From Squalus acanthias (lineage: Eukaryota), in the NCBI GenBank assembly GCA_030390025.1, contig CM059438.1, positions 70,186,001 through 70,250,000 on the forward strand: a stretch of DNA of 64,000 nt. The letters run 5' to 3'. Positions 36,090-49,285 of the stretch are shown piece after piece. A program made the position numbers and the translations under genes. Every line of letters starts with the position of its first letter. Positions within the stretch are counted from its first letter, which is position 1. The notes beneath the pieces are model-generated. The model was not told the origin of the DNA and did no database searches. It saw only the letters and a list, made by a program, of their open reading frames with translations.

Positions 36090-38983
36090 GTCTAAGAGTG
36101 TCAAAAAAAAACAAGCCTGCAGGCTCTGTGTCTTAATGCGAGGAGCATTCGTAATAAGGTGGATGAATTAGCTGCGCAAATAGATGTAAATGGATATAAT
36201 ATAATTGGGATTATGGAGACATGGCTCCAGGGTGACCAAGGCTGGGAATTCAACATCCGGGGTATTCAATATTCAGGAAGGACAGACAAAAAGGAAAAGG
36301 AGGTGGGGTAGCATTGCTGGTTAAAGAGGAGATTAACACAATAGTAAGGAAGGACATTAGCTCTGATGATGTGGAATCTGTATAGGTAGAGCTGAGAAAT
36401 ACCATGGGGCAGAAAACGTTAGTGGGAGTTGTATACAGACCCCCAAACAGTAATGCTGAGGTTGGGGATGGCATTAAATGGGAAATTAGAGACGCGTGCA
36501 ATAAGGGCACAGCAGTTATCATGGGTGACTTTAATCTAAATATAGATTGGGCTAACCAAATTAGTAACAATACTGTGGAGGAGGAATTCCTAGAGTGTAT
36601 ACGGGACGGTTTCCTGGACCAATATGTCGAGGAACCAACTAGAGATCAGGCCATCTTAGACTGGGTATTATGTAATAAGAAAGGATTAATTAGCAATCAT
36701 GTTGTGCGAGGCCCCTTGGGGAGGAGCGATCATAATATGATAGAATTCTTCATTAAGATGGAGAGTGAAGTAGTTGACTCAGAGACTAGGGTCCTGAATT
36801 TAAATAAAGGAAACTACGATGGTATAAGGCGCGAGTTGGCTAGGATGGATTGGGGAACGTTACTTAAAGGGTTGACGGTGGATAGGCAATGGCAAACATT
36901 TAAAGATCGCATGGATTAACTACAGAATTTGTTCATCCCTGTTTGGCATAAAAATAAAACAAAAAAGGTAACTCAACCGTGGCTAATGAGGGAAATTAGG
37001 GACAGCATAAGATCCAAGGAGAGGACATATAAATTGGCCAGAAAAAGCAGCAAACCTGAGGATTGGGAGCAGTTTAGGATTCAGCATAGGAGGACAAAGG
37101 GATTAATTAAGAGGGGGAAAATAGTGTATGAGAGTAAGCTTGCAGGGAACATAAAAACTGACAAAAGTTTCTATAGATATGTGAAGAGAAAAAAGATTGG
37201 TGAAGTCAAGCGTAGGTCCCTTGCAGTCAGAATCAGGGGAATTTATAATGGGGAACAAAGAAATGGCAGGCCAATTAAATACATACTTTAGTTCTGTCTT
37301 CACAAAGGAGGACACAAATAACCTCCCAGAGATGTCGGGGAACATAGGGTCTAATGAGAGGGAGGAACTGAATGAAATCAGTATTTGTAGTGAAATGGTG
37401 TTAGGGAAAGTGACGGGATTGAAGGCCGATAAATCCCCAGGGCCTGATAATCTACATCCTAGGGTACTTAAGGAAGTGGCCCTAGAAATAGTAGATGCAT
37501 TGCTGGTCATCTTCCAAAATTCTATAGACTCTGGAACAGTTCCCATGGATTGGAGGGTAGCTAATGTAACCCCACTATTTAAAAACGGTGGTAGAGAGAA
37601 AACGGGAAATTATAGACCGGTAAGCCTGACATCGGTAGTGGGGAAAATGCTAGAGTCCATTATAAAAGATGTAATAGCAGAGCACTTGGAAAACAGTGAC
37701 AGGATCGGACAAAGTCAACATGGATTTACAAAAGGTAAATCATGCTTGACTAATCTACTGGAATTTTTTGAGAATGTAACTGGTAGAATTGATAAGGGAG
37801 AACCAGTGGATGTGGTGTATTTGGACTTTCAGAAGGCTTTCGATAAGGTCCCGCATAAGAGATTAGCGTACAAAGTTAAAGCACAAGGGATTGGGGGTAA
37901 GGTACTGGCTTGGATAGAAAACTGGTTGGCAGACAGGAAGCAAAGAGTTGGAATAAACTGGTCTTTTTCCGAGTGGCAGGCAGTAACTAGTGGGGTACCG
38001 CAGGGATCGGTGCTAGGACCCCAGTTATTAACAATATATATTAATGATCTAGACGAGGGAACTAGATGTAATATCTCCAAGTTTGCAGATGACACAAAGG
38101 TGCAGAGAAACTCCAGTATGATTTGGACAGGTTGGGTGATTGGGCAGATGCATGGCAGATGCAGTATAATGTGGATACATGCGAGGTTATCCACTTTGGT
38201 GGCAAAAACAGGAAGACAGATTATTATCTGAACGGCAATAGATTGGGAAAAGGGGAAGTGCAACAAGACCTGGGTCTCCTTGTGCACCAGTCGCTGAAGG
38301 TAAGCATGCAGGTGCAGCAGGCGGTTAAGAAGGCAAATGGTATGTTGGCCTTCATAGCGAGAGGATTCGAGTACAGGAGCAAGGATGTCTTGCTGCAGTT
38401 GTACAGGGCCTTGGTGAGACCACACCTTGAGTATTGTGTGCAGTTTTGGTCGCCTTATCTGAGGAAGGATGTTCTTGCCATGGAGAGAGTGCAGCGAAGA
38501 TTCACCAGACTGATACCTGGGATGGCAGGAATGACGTATGAAGAGAGATTGGGTCGATTGGGCTTGTATTTGCTAGAGTTTAGAAGAATGAGAGGGGATC
38601 TCATTGAAACGTATAAAATTCTAACAGGACTGGACAGACTAGATGCAGGAAGGATGTTCCCGATGGTGGGGGAGTCCAGAATCAGGGGTCACAGTCTAAG
38701 GATAAGGGGTAAGCCATTTAGGACTGAGATGAGGAGGAATTTCTTCACCGAGAGAGTGGTGAACCTGTGGAATTCTCTACCACAGAAGACAGTTGAGTCC
38801 AATTCATTAAATATATTCAAGAAGGAGTTAGATATATTTCTTAAGGCTAAGGGGATCAAGGGATATGGGGAGAAAGCAGGGACAGGGTACTGAATTTGGA
38901 TGATCAGCCATGATCGCATTGAATGGCGGAGCAGGCTCGAGGGGCCGAATGGCCTACTCCTGCTCCTATCTTCTATGTTTCTA
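36090..38983 (+). mobile_element. CR1 LINE, nearly complete ORF2 with stops and frameshifts, no ORF1
   Basis: ORFs 36404-36919, 36929-37291, 37197-38231 and 38123-38893 are colinear with 13.2-16.1 kb; ttctatgtttcta tail. Confidence 0.95.
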
Positions 38984-39845
38984 GATGACAAAAACACAAA
39001 TAAATACATGGACTGAGAAAGCACAGATGTATAACAATGTTATGTCAATAGCTTGAATACTTCAATACTGCTGTGGAGTTACAGCCATTGGTTCTCTCCT
39101 ATCAAAGACCATCATAACAAATTAGTGCTCAGAAATCAGGGCCATTATTGCAGGTTGGTAAAAGAAACAAACTCACTGTCACTACTGAGTTCTACCTTGC
39201 GTAAGCACCAACACATCCAGAACTCATCCTATTCCACAGGAAGCCCTATTCATCAATCACATTAATTCCTGATGACCTCCAATGGCTCTCCTTCCCTCAG
39301 AGCATCAGCTTTAAAATCCTTGTTCTCATCTTGAGATCCCGCCACAACCTCATTCCTCCCTGTCTCTTGCCCTATGTTCTGTTTGACATACTCTACGCTT
39401 CCAACTATGGTCTCCTGTGTGTTTCCCCCCCCCCCCCCCCCATCTCTGTCATTGACTCCTGAGCCTTCAGCCATTTTGTCTCAAACTCTCTTCATGAACT
39501 CCTCCACATTGCTATATCTCTCCCCACCTTTAGAAGTCTCCTTAAAACCTATTTATTTTCCCATGCCTTCATTCACCTTCCCTGCTTTGTCCCCTACTCC
39601 TGCTCAGGTCTGACCTCCAATCATGAATGCAGCAAAAGACAATGAAAACGTCACTTGTTATATTAGCAATGCCCTGTAACCTTGATAACTCAATAAGTTT
39701 GACCTGAGATTTTTTTCCCATTTGTTTCAAGCCTGGTATCTTAACAGTTTTAAAAGAGAAAACATGTGAATCTTTCAATGTTAATTCTGTCAAATATTCC
39801 AAAAATAGCAAAGCCTAAATTCTAGAAACCTTTCTCTTGTTTCAG

Positions 39846-40012
39846 TGTCCTGTGGGCCTGAGACCTATGAGGGATGACTCTGGTTGCTTCGACTACACCA
39901 AAGGAATTGACTGTTCCGATGGGTTTAATGGAGGCTGTGAGCAACTCTGCTTACAGCAGACGGTGTCCTTGACTGAAGACCCCTCGTCCAATAATATTCT
40001 TATGTTCTGTGG
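39846..40012 (+). CDS. ASTN2: Internal coding exon of astrotactin-2 (EGF-like region), 167 bp, phase 0 to phase 2
   Basis: Acceptor tttctcttgtttcag|, donor GG|gtaagt. Translates [56 protein letters not shown], matching the astrotactin motif [17 protein letters not shown] as I recall it. Not in the ORF track. Confidence 0.95.
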
Positions 40013-40384
40013 GTAAGTACAGATTTAAACATTCATAGAAACATGGCTGTCATTTTCCTGAGAAACAGAGAGATATATACAGCCAACTGAGCCCTCATTT
40101 AAGTGTACAAAATCTGAAAGGCCCCCAGGCTACCTTCATTGTATGAAGCCATAATGGGTTTTCTTACTACTTTAATATTCAGCTTTATTATCGCAGACTT
40201 GTTCCAAACAGAAAGGAGGCAAAAACTGGTCTTAATTTAAAAAAATATTGGGATAGTTTTCCAACAAACCCATGAAGCAACAGGGAGCGTTTTGCCAGCC
40301 TCTGTCCACTTTCTCCTGTTGTTGTGGCCATGAGGTGCCTGGACACTGGAGAATGCTTGTACTGGTAACCCTCTCAAGCCAAAT

Positions 40385-40575
40385 AGAATCATAGAATGGT
40401 TACAACACAGAAGGAGGCCATTCGGCCCGTCAAGCACACTTCAGCTCGTCCCACTCCCCCCGCCCTTTCCCCGTAGCCCTGCAATTTTTTTTCCTTCAGG
40501 CACTTATCCTCCAATTCCCTTTTGAAAGCCGTGATTGAGTCTGCCTCCACCACCCTTTCAGGCAGTGCATTCAAG
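40385..40575 (-). mobile_element. CR1 3' end fragment, adjoining a GC-rich MITE-like remnant to ~40873
   Basis: atagaatcatagaatgg...aggaggccattcggccc tail; ALPERVVEADS peptide. Confidence 0.75.
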
Positions 40576-41204
40576 ACCAGGTGGTCTGAGGAACCCCAGA
40601 AAATGAGTTGCGTATTATTTTTAAACTTAACCCGCAGATCTTCAGACCTTATCTTTAGGTTGCTGCTCTCCAGAAACACTTGAATTTCTTTTCCATTTTG
40701 CCATGTGCTAGGCCCTGCCAAGGATGGATCTGTGCCAGGGTGTCCCCCACACAGGCACTGCGAATGGCCCCGGACAGGAAATCTGAGCATGCCTGAGCTT
40801 GGACAGGTGCAGTGCACTGCAGGTGTGCTGCTCCTGATCATTGCCACGTTGGTGAGCAGGAAATTCGTCCCCACGTTCTAAACACCTGGCAGCATGGAGG
40901 GGGGAGTTACATCTGATTTTTGATCAGTTCGCAGAGAGAGGGAGAATTCAGTTCTTGTTGGCCTATCAATGCCGTACATTTAGTTTCTTACTAGTCTACT
41001 GGTGGATTTGCATCCACCTCCATTCTACCTGCCATTTTATAATGTGATGCTGCAACAGGTTGGGGCCCTTTGCCTGGTCTGGCAGGGAGCATGTGTCAAT
41101 TCCTTAGTGACCTTGTGGAATAGGTGCATCAATTTAGAGGTAGTTATGTCCACCTCTTAAATCAAGCAAGGGACTTCAAAAAAAACAATGGATCATCTCA
41201 ATTA

Positions 41205-41632
41205 TTTTCATTCTTGGGACGTGGGCATCGCTGGCAAGGCTGGTGTTAAATGGCCATCCCTCGTTGCCCTGAGAAGGTGATGGTGGGCCTTCTTCTTGAA
41301 ATCGGTTTCATACAACTGAGTGGCGTGCTCAGCCGCTTCAGAGAGCAGTTAAGCATCATACAATATTGGTGTGGGACTGGAGTCACATATACGCCAGACC
41401 GGGTAAGGACGGTATGTTCCCTTCCCTAAAGGACATGAGTAAACCAATTGGGTTTTTACGGCAATCCGACAGCTTCATGGTAAATTTTACTGATAACGGC
41501 TTTTTTTATTTCCAGATTTTTGTTTTAACTGGATTCAAATTCTCAACCTGCCATGGTGCGATTTCAACTCGCGTTATTAGTGCAGGCCTCTGCATTACTG
41601 GCTCAGTAACATAACCACTGCACTACTGTACC
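41205..41632 (-). mobile_element. tRNA-derived SINE, second family
   Basis: Homologous to 35345-35740. Confidence 0.8.
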
Positions 41633-43402
41633 TATAAGAGATGAATGACATAAAGAGCCGGCCTTGTATACTTAATGATATTTCAAAATGGCAGCTATGT
41701 ACTTCTGGAAACAAGTGAAAGGCACTGAAACAGCAGGTCAACTTATTATATAGTCTTAGTGAGGTAGATAAATAACTAGTAAAAAAAAAAAAATTGTCCG
41801 GATTCCCCTTCCCCTGCCATTCTCATTTGCCCATCTAACTTCAAAACTGTCACAAACATCAAGTTTTCAGCAGTTTGAATACAGAATGCTCTTTACGGCT
41901 TTCAAAACATTAATAACATTTTTGGTTATCTACAAAGGGGAGATAAAGCAATTTATGTGCATTTCCAATGCTGCCTGGGGAGTATCATTGGGGGAATAAC
42001 TTCAGTGCTTTTTTCTTGATGCCAGTTTGCTGCCAAGGCGTGATTAAAGAGAGACATTTCAGACTGCTATCTTGTAGATTGAATACCAGGTGGGGACTAT
42101 GTTGATTAAGTTCTACAATAACAGGTCACTTTGAAGTGATCATAATCCAGAGGCACATGGATGAGAAAAAGATTAATCTCCTGGAGATTCTTTGGTATGC
42201 AAAGAAGGAAATGTATGGGGGAACAGAGTATTTCCAAGTTCAGAGGATTCTTTGAATAAATCTTTTTGAATTTTAGTGCAGAATTGCAGTTCTCAAAGAG
42301 TTAAGCAGCCTGGAATATTTTAGTATCAATAAACTTTTAAGATTAAAAATTGTTCTTTTGAAACTCAGTTTAAAAGTAAAATTCAGTTGTATGTGTCCAT
42401 AGAAAATGATGTTTGCTACAGTGCGGTGGATATCTTATGAATACATTTATATTACTGAGACATAAAAGCATGCATAAAAGATCGCCTGTGTAAAATGGAA
42501 ATCATAGCTATGTTGCTGAGCACTTTTTGAAATCCATTGCCTATTTTTACAGCTCAGTCACCAAGTTGTTATCGAATGTCGAACAAGCCTCGGCTTCATT
42601 TGCGGCATTTAATTAAATAGTTCAACTACCTCATCTTTCAATGATTGCAAAAGTATTCTTCTTGCTGTCCCATTGGCTCAGAGATAAAGGCTCCATCTCT
42701 GAGCTCCACAGAACAGGAAGGTCTTGGTTTAAGCCTTCAGTCTGTACAGTTAGCTGTCAGTAAGTTGACTGCTGATAGCAATAAGGGCCCTACAGTTGTT
42801 CACATTTCCTCTGGGTTAGGGAAGGGAATATTGGCTCGGCACTCTCTGTGGTGACTGCCTATTAAAACTATGTGGGGGGGCAGATACTAGTTGAGCACAG
42901 GACGACCCCGGTTGTGATGTCTTCCCACCGCTGGATAGTTTGCTGTCTCACCATCAAGGTTCACACTTGTATAAAGGTCACATGGGCGAGGTGCTGAAGG
43001 GTGACTGCTGTCATTGAAACCAATTGATAACAATGTATGAAAATTAAATAATAGTGCGTAAACGTTCCAAATCAAAGTTCAAAACTGCGGGGAAAGAAGT
43101 TGGCAGCAAGGTACGTGGATGGTAAAGTTTGAGAAAGACCAGGGCTAAATTTCTGTCTTTACCACGCAGGCGGTAATCTGGCAGAGCAGATTTGCCCGCT
43201 TGTTATAGAACTCACCTGATTTTTATTCCAATTAAAATGGGCAATCTTGCAGTATTTAGTGTGTGTTGTAAACTTTCCTACCCATAAAATATCTAATTGG
43301 CTGGTGGTAATGTTCCAAGTGACATCTTGTAGTGAACATTAAGAGATTCCTTCTTTCCCAAGGTCTGTTACTGACTGATGAAGCTTCTTTCTCTGCTGGC
43401 AG

Positions 43403-43591
43403 CTGTGTGGAGGAGTACAGACTGGCAGCAGATGGTAAATCTTGTGTGCTACTATCAGAGGCGTGTGAGGGTGCCAAGTGCCAGAAGCTTGATGCCAGAC
43501 TGAATGACACACTCTTTGTGGAGATGCTACATGGCTACAACAACAAGTCACAGCAGGTCAATCAGGGTCAGGTGTTCCAGATGACCTTTCG
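43403..43591 (+). CDS. ASTN2: Next ASTN2 coding exon, 189 bp, symmetric phase 2-2
   Basis: Acceptor ttctttctctgctggcag|, donor CG|gtgagc. Joins the previous exon in frame (GG+C = Gly). Encodes CVEEYRLAADGKSCVLLSEACEGAKCQKLDARLNDTLFVEMLHGYNNKSQQVNQGQVFQMTFR. The NDTLF.EMLHGYNN...VNQGQVFQMTFR segment matches ASTN2 rather than ASTN1 (recalled). Confidence 0.95.
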
Positions 43592-45780
43592 GTGAGCACA
43601 GACTTTAAAACACTACTTTATACTTGACTGTGTTTGAAAATTATCATATAGGTTCATTTCTTCTGTATCCATTGTATTACTTACTGTATGTGGGAGTAGG
43701 AAATAAGATCACACTCATTGTTGGCTTGCATCACCCCTGTAGATGGTCTATTTTGGGACCCTATAATCAAATTGCATCTATTGACAGAGACGTTATTGGA
43801 GTTATTTCAACCAGCAGCTTCATTACACACAGTTTTTGCGATGTCAGGAACTCTCACGGGCTTAAATGTTCTTTTCTGTTAGATAATAAGAGTTTATTAG
43901 TCTTGGATTTGTTGAATTTGGAGAAGAGATGAACTGTGACATTCAGTACATTGACATCAGATCAGTAGTTCTTTTTTCAGTCGGTACAATCCAAATGTGA
44001 GAGAAAAAGGATCTAATTTGTCTGATGTATCTATCCGGTTCAACGGAAAATTGAGCAATTCAATTGCGCCCTGGGCAAACAATGTGATCAGGAGAAAATA
44101 ATACTTGGTGGAGAGCAGTGAGCTTTCCCTTTCAGCTACCACAATATACAACAATGGCAAGTTCTTCATCTGTCAGTCTAGAAAGTGAGAGCTGGGCAGC
44201 TTCTTGACCTGGGTGTCTTTAGAATTTAATTTAATCCTATTCTCAATCAATCTTATCGTCACCTGGAATTTACACAAGCAAAGTTTCCAGCAGAGGGTCG
44301 AATAGGAACCTGGTTGATTCTTGTCTCTGCTTGGGGTACAGAAGCCAGTTATAGTGGCTCACTGCTTCCCGGTTGACATCAACTACCTCAGCACAGTCTA
44401 GGGGCAGAATCTGGGACCATGCTGCTCTGCATGGCTCAGTACCACACCAATCAGTGCGTTTACCCATTGAGGCATTGAGGAACTATCAGTTACATTTTCT
44501 TATTTTTTTTCCCCTCTCTCTACATGATGCACAGCCCTTAACTCTGGGAATGGATGGAAGACACAAACACCATAACATAGCTACTCAAACATCAGCAAGC
44601 TTTACTATTGTACTACTAACCCTGAGCTGCTATAATAAACACTAAAACATAATTTATGATACAAATCTTTTCCTTGTGTTTACCCTATCATTCCTTTTTG
44701 CTCTATTATTTTGTGTCTTATTTTAACTTTAATTCAGCACTATTCCTGACTACATTTTCTTCTGTCGAGTTCAACTTTATTTTCTAGGTTTAAAATCTTT
44801 CCCCTTTCTACCTCCCTACTTGGGCCATCCAAAAAAGATGTTTTTTTCTGATAATTAAATGGCAAGTAGCTTGTGATGCACATGATCATAGTGCAGACAT
44901 GACCTTGTTGACCTTTAACCCTTTTTCCCCACCTCAAAAAGGAAGGGCCTGTTAATGGGCAGGTGGACCCAACTGCAGCTCAGTAAATGCTGCTTTTAAC
45001 AATCTGTAAATTAAGGTATCTGATTATTTATTTTTTAACCAGAGCCGCTATTAGTATTTCTCATTCAGACTGCAAATTAAACCACAGCATGGTGTTTGTT
45101 CAAGTACTTTTAGAGCTAATGTAGCAAAGACATTTTCTGTATGAAATCAATGCAGGGATATCAGACAAATAACATTAACAGAGAAGTGCCACATAGTTTT
45201 GTAGAAACAGTATTTCCATTTTTATTCATGTATGAAAATTTACTTTGCAACATAGAGAGGAACAAACTCAGTCGTCAGTAGGCCTCAGCTGCAACCTAAT
45301 GGAGTGCAGTGGCAGCCTGGTAATGGGAATACCCCATAGTGAGCAAAATCCTTTTTTTTCCAATTGTTCTCATTAAAACACAAAAGCATTTGTGCTCATC
45401 ACAGTCTAGTAATTTAGGTGTCCATTAAGAAGTTCGCATAATTTTTACATGGGTATGTGGAGGCACTTAGCTCCGTGATGACAGTGACTTTAGCCTTCTT
45501 CCTGTGCTTTACAACACAGAACCATACATACCAACCTAGAAAGCCAACAAAATATAACCAACAGCTCCCAAAAACTCAAGAATGGCCCTAATATGTGAAA
45601 TTAAATAGTTAAATGAGCTTTGTACAATAAGCACTAGGTGTACGCAACATTCCTTCACTTGTCTTATAGGGGAAAGTAAAGATAAATACATGAAAGTCTA
45701 AAGGGGCAAACACAAATGCTGAAGTTTTAAAACTGTTGGTGCTTTTTTTTGTCCATGGGAATTTGAAAGTTAAACAGTAT

Positions 45781-46264
45781 GTCCTGGAAATTTGATGTCG
45801 CTGCGCCTGCTTTAGAGGCGTAAAACAGGTACAAAAGCGTCCAATATGGCGGGCAGTGTGGAGGAGTACATTCTGCACTGGAAGTGCACCATCAGCCATC
45901 AAAAGAGGTGTCCACGCCCACGCCTGAAACAGTTTGCATAAGCTGTTTGATGGACCCTCTACCAAATTGATTTGCACTGCTGCCGGGGTGGCTGCATTCA
46001 GTAAAAAATGCTCTGTGTGCGATCTAACCAGCAGTGCGTAAAGGCTCCGTTGGAGGCAGCTACTAAAATGGTAAGTTTTGTAAAATATACTTACCTGAAA
46101 GTTGAGTCGGGAGGAGCAGGAGTGCTTCCCCCCGGCTCCACTGCAACTTCACGTATCGTTGCCACCTCCTGCTCGGCCTCCTCCCAATCCCCCCACCCCC
46201 CCTCCCGATCGTCCCCCTTCCCCCCCCCACACCACCCAGGGTGGAGCAAACCAATTTCTAGGCC
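45781..46264 (+). mobile_element. MITE group P
   Basis: Ends gtcctggaaattt / caatttctaggcc; TSD tat (45778-80 and 46265-67). Confidence 0.7.
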
Positions 46265-47439
46265 TATGTTTTCCCAGAGCCTATGAAAAGACAATCACAT
46301 CAATCTAACAGAGTTGATCATGGCATATTTGGAAATTCACAGTGGGCCGCAGCGTCAGTCTAGCGGCTCCAGACTGCGGTGTGGCTGATTCTTAGTGTTC
46401 ACACTGAGAAATGAACAGTCAAAGTGTCAGTCAGTAAGCTTTCCCCAGGGAGAATTTGTGGGGGAAACAAATGGATGTGTTGATGTAACTCAGAAATAAC
46501 AGTACGTGCAGAGAATATATTCGGCAAGTTATTCACGTATTTGAAATCAGTTGTGGTCACAAATGAGATGCTTTGTTTATTGCCATTTGAAGCAGGGACT
46601 CAAATGATGTTAAGTTATCACTCATGAATATAAATCAACCTAAGCAAGAGTATGCAAGATAAACGGGGCCAGTGCCTGTGAAGTTACTGGATTAGACACT
46701 GCAATTTCAAGCAAGTGATTAGCAAATGGGCCTGTTGCTCTATTCTGTTCTATTGGAAATACCTGCCTGCATTTGCAGTATTTGCATGTGGATAAGAAAG
46801 TGATTTGCATTCTTCTGAGGTACCATTAGCTTTGTCCATTATCGGCTTGTATAAAATAAGAAGTGAATTCACGCTGTCCAGTTGTTATATTTCAGTGATA
46901 TTTTCAGTTAGATTGTATGGGACTGCATCTGTTCAGCTGTTTTATATTGCCCCTTGTGCTGTGGGAGAGCACCACTCAAATAGAGACCCATGAGTGCCAA
47001 TTACCCCGTTTTTCTTCTGCAGTCTGTGGCCAGTCCCTATTGATGCTGCCAGGCGACCAGTAGAAAGCAGGCTTCTGTTGTGTGCTGGCTCTGATGGCAG
47101 CTGTCAAGAGCCAGGAACATTTCACGTTTGGGCGCCATCAGAGGTGTCCCATTTGCTTTGCAAGGCAGATTTGAGAGCACAGGCCTCAACACACATGCAC
47201 AGTTGTTTAAGAATCACCATTGTAACATATGTTTGAGCCACAGACCTCCCCCCTACCCTTCTGATGTTGGTATCAAATTGTCTCTCCAGCCAAGCAATGC
47301 AAAATCTGACCTGCTGGCCTGTGTAGGTGGGTTGAGAGCTCAGTCTGCCATGGAGGAAAATGGTTTCCTGCACTGCTGAAAACACTTCCGTTTGCCTCTG
47401 GCAGCACTCTGTGGCACAGCTGAAGACCACCTTTCATGG

Positions 47440-47725
47440 TAGATTGCCAGCCGTGCCTTCAACGTCTAGGGCCTAAGCTTGGGGATTCCCACCCCAAACC
47501 TCTTTGCCTCGCCACCTGTCTCTGCTCTTTAAGACGCTGCTTAAAACCTAGCTCTTTTACCAAGCGTTTGGTTACCTGTCCTAATGTCTCCTTCTTTGGC
47601 TCGGTGCCACTTTTTGTCCGATTACAACAACAACAACTTACATTTATATAGCACCTTTAACATAGTAAAATGTTGCAAGGTGCTTCACAGCAGCATTATC
47701 AGACAAAATTTGACACCAAGCCACG
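47440..47725. mobile_element. Two short L2 3' fragments, tail to tail
   Basis: The + piece (gccttcaacgtctagggcctaagct...) and the - piece (acaacttacatttatatagcacctttaac...) both resemble 28511-28750. Confidence 0.65.
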
Positions 47726-47869
47726 TGGCTGCTTCATTCTGAGTCTGAGAAAGGAGAAGTGCTGGAAAGAGTATGTGACAGGCTATAACCTGCAACGTTT
47801 TTGCCTTCAAACTGATTAAAAGAGTCTCACCCCCAGGACCCTTTAAAATTCACTTACTAAGCAGTAGGA

Positions 47870-48270
47870 TTATGATAAGGTTCAGAGGAGATTTGATAGA
47901 GGTGTTCAAAGCCATGAATGGTTTTGATGGAATAAATAAGGAGAATCTGTTTCCACTGGCAGAAGGATTGGTAACCAGAGGACACAGATTTAAAGTGATT
48001 GTCAAAAGAACTAGAGGCGAAATGAGGAAACTTTTTTTTTGCACAGCGAGCTGTTATGATCTGGAATACACTGCCTGAAAGGGTAGAGGAAGCAGATTCA
48101 ACAGTAACATTCAACAGAGAATTGGATAAATACTTGAAGGGGAAAAACATTTTCAGGGCTATGGGGAAAGAGCAGGGGAGTGGGATTAATTGGATAGTTC
48201 TGCCAAAGAGCTGGCACAGGCACGATGGGCCGAATGGCCTCCTGTGCTGTATCATCCTACGATTTTATGA
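47870..48270 (+). mobile_element. CR1 3' fragment
   Basis: RFRGDLIEVFK...TRGHRFKVI; WNTLPERVEEADS. Confidence 0.85.
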
Positions 48271-49285
48271 AATGTCCTTTTGCGTTGTCCATTTTGATCA
48301 GTTTTTTTATTTTAAACAGCAATTTTCTTTCACGTTACTGGGATACAGATTTTGAAGGGTTACTAATGCCTCTTTTATATTGTCAGGCTGCCATCAGATG
48401 CAGCTGTGTCTGACTGCAGTGTGACTTAAGCACCATTGGTAATACCGGAGAAGCCAATAGCCATCTGAGGAGACGAATATCTGAGGTTCACACCCACACA
48501 GGCCAACTATGTGATTATGTATCCTCATTAGTTTTCTTACTTTCTCTCCTTCCCTCCTGAAGGTGTTGAATCCATTCTGGAATACCGTTCCATGGGTGCC
48601 ATCTGCCCTCCGATACATAACTAAGTTTAGTCATGTGTGAGTCTTGACAATGAGGGTCAACGGGCTATTTTAGCATGAAGGGCAGCAAAGGCATGCCTGA
48701 TCCTGACCTCAGATGAAGTTCTAATTGAGAAGCAACTCCATGCGTGAAACCGTATAAAGTTTTGGTTGTGAAATCTCTCCCCCAGTGTAAATGCATTTGC
48801 ATTTGTACTTAATTAGATGCAGTTGTGCAATTAATACAGGCAGTCAGGCATGGCAGTGTGAGAGAGCAGAATTGACATCCACTATTACAGGGCTATGGGG
48901 AAAGAGCAGGGGAGTGGGACTAATTGGTAGCTCTTTCAGAGAGCTGACACAGACACGATGGGCTGAACGGCCTCTTTCTGTACTGTATTATTCTCTAATT
49001 CTATGTTTCTAGGTTGCTCCCCCCACCCATTTATTTACCTCTCATATATGAAATACTTCAATTTAGAAGGCAAGATGATGTATCCTAGAGATACCTCCAT
49101 TAATAGAAACATAGAAGATAGGAGCAGTAGTAGGCCATTGAGCCCCTCTAGCCTGCTCCGCCATTCAATGCGATCATGGCTGATCATCCAAATTCACTCA
49201 TACCCATTTGTATTGCGGTGTTGGTACAGCAACAACAGAACAGTACCCATGTGCAAGATTTGAAAGTGTTCCATGAAGCGTATTC

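Noticed and set aside
43332..43402. N-terminal extension of the 87-aa ORF
   Set aside because: Intronic sequence upstream of the acceptor at 43401-43402; ASTN2 similarity starts at 43403.
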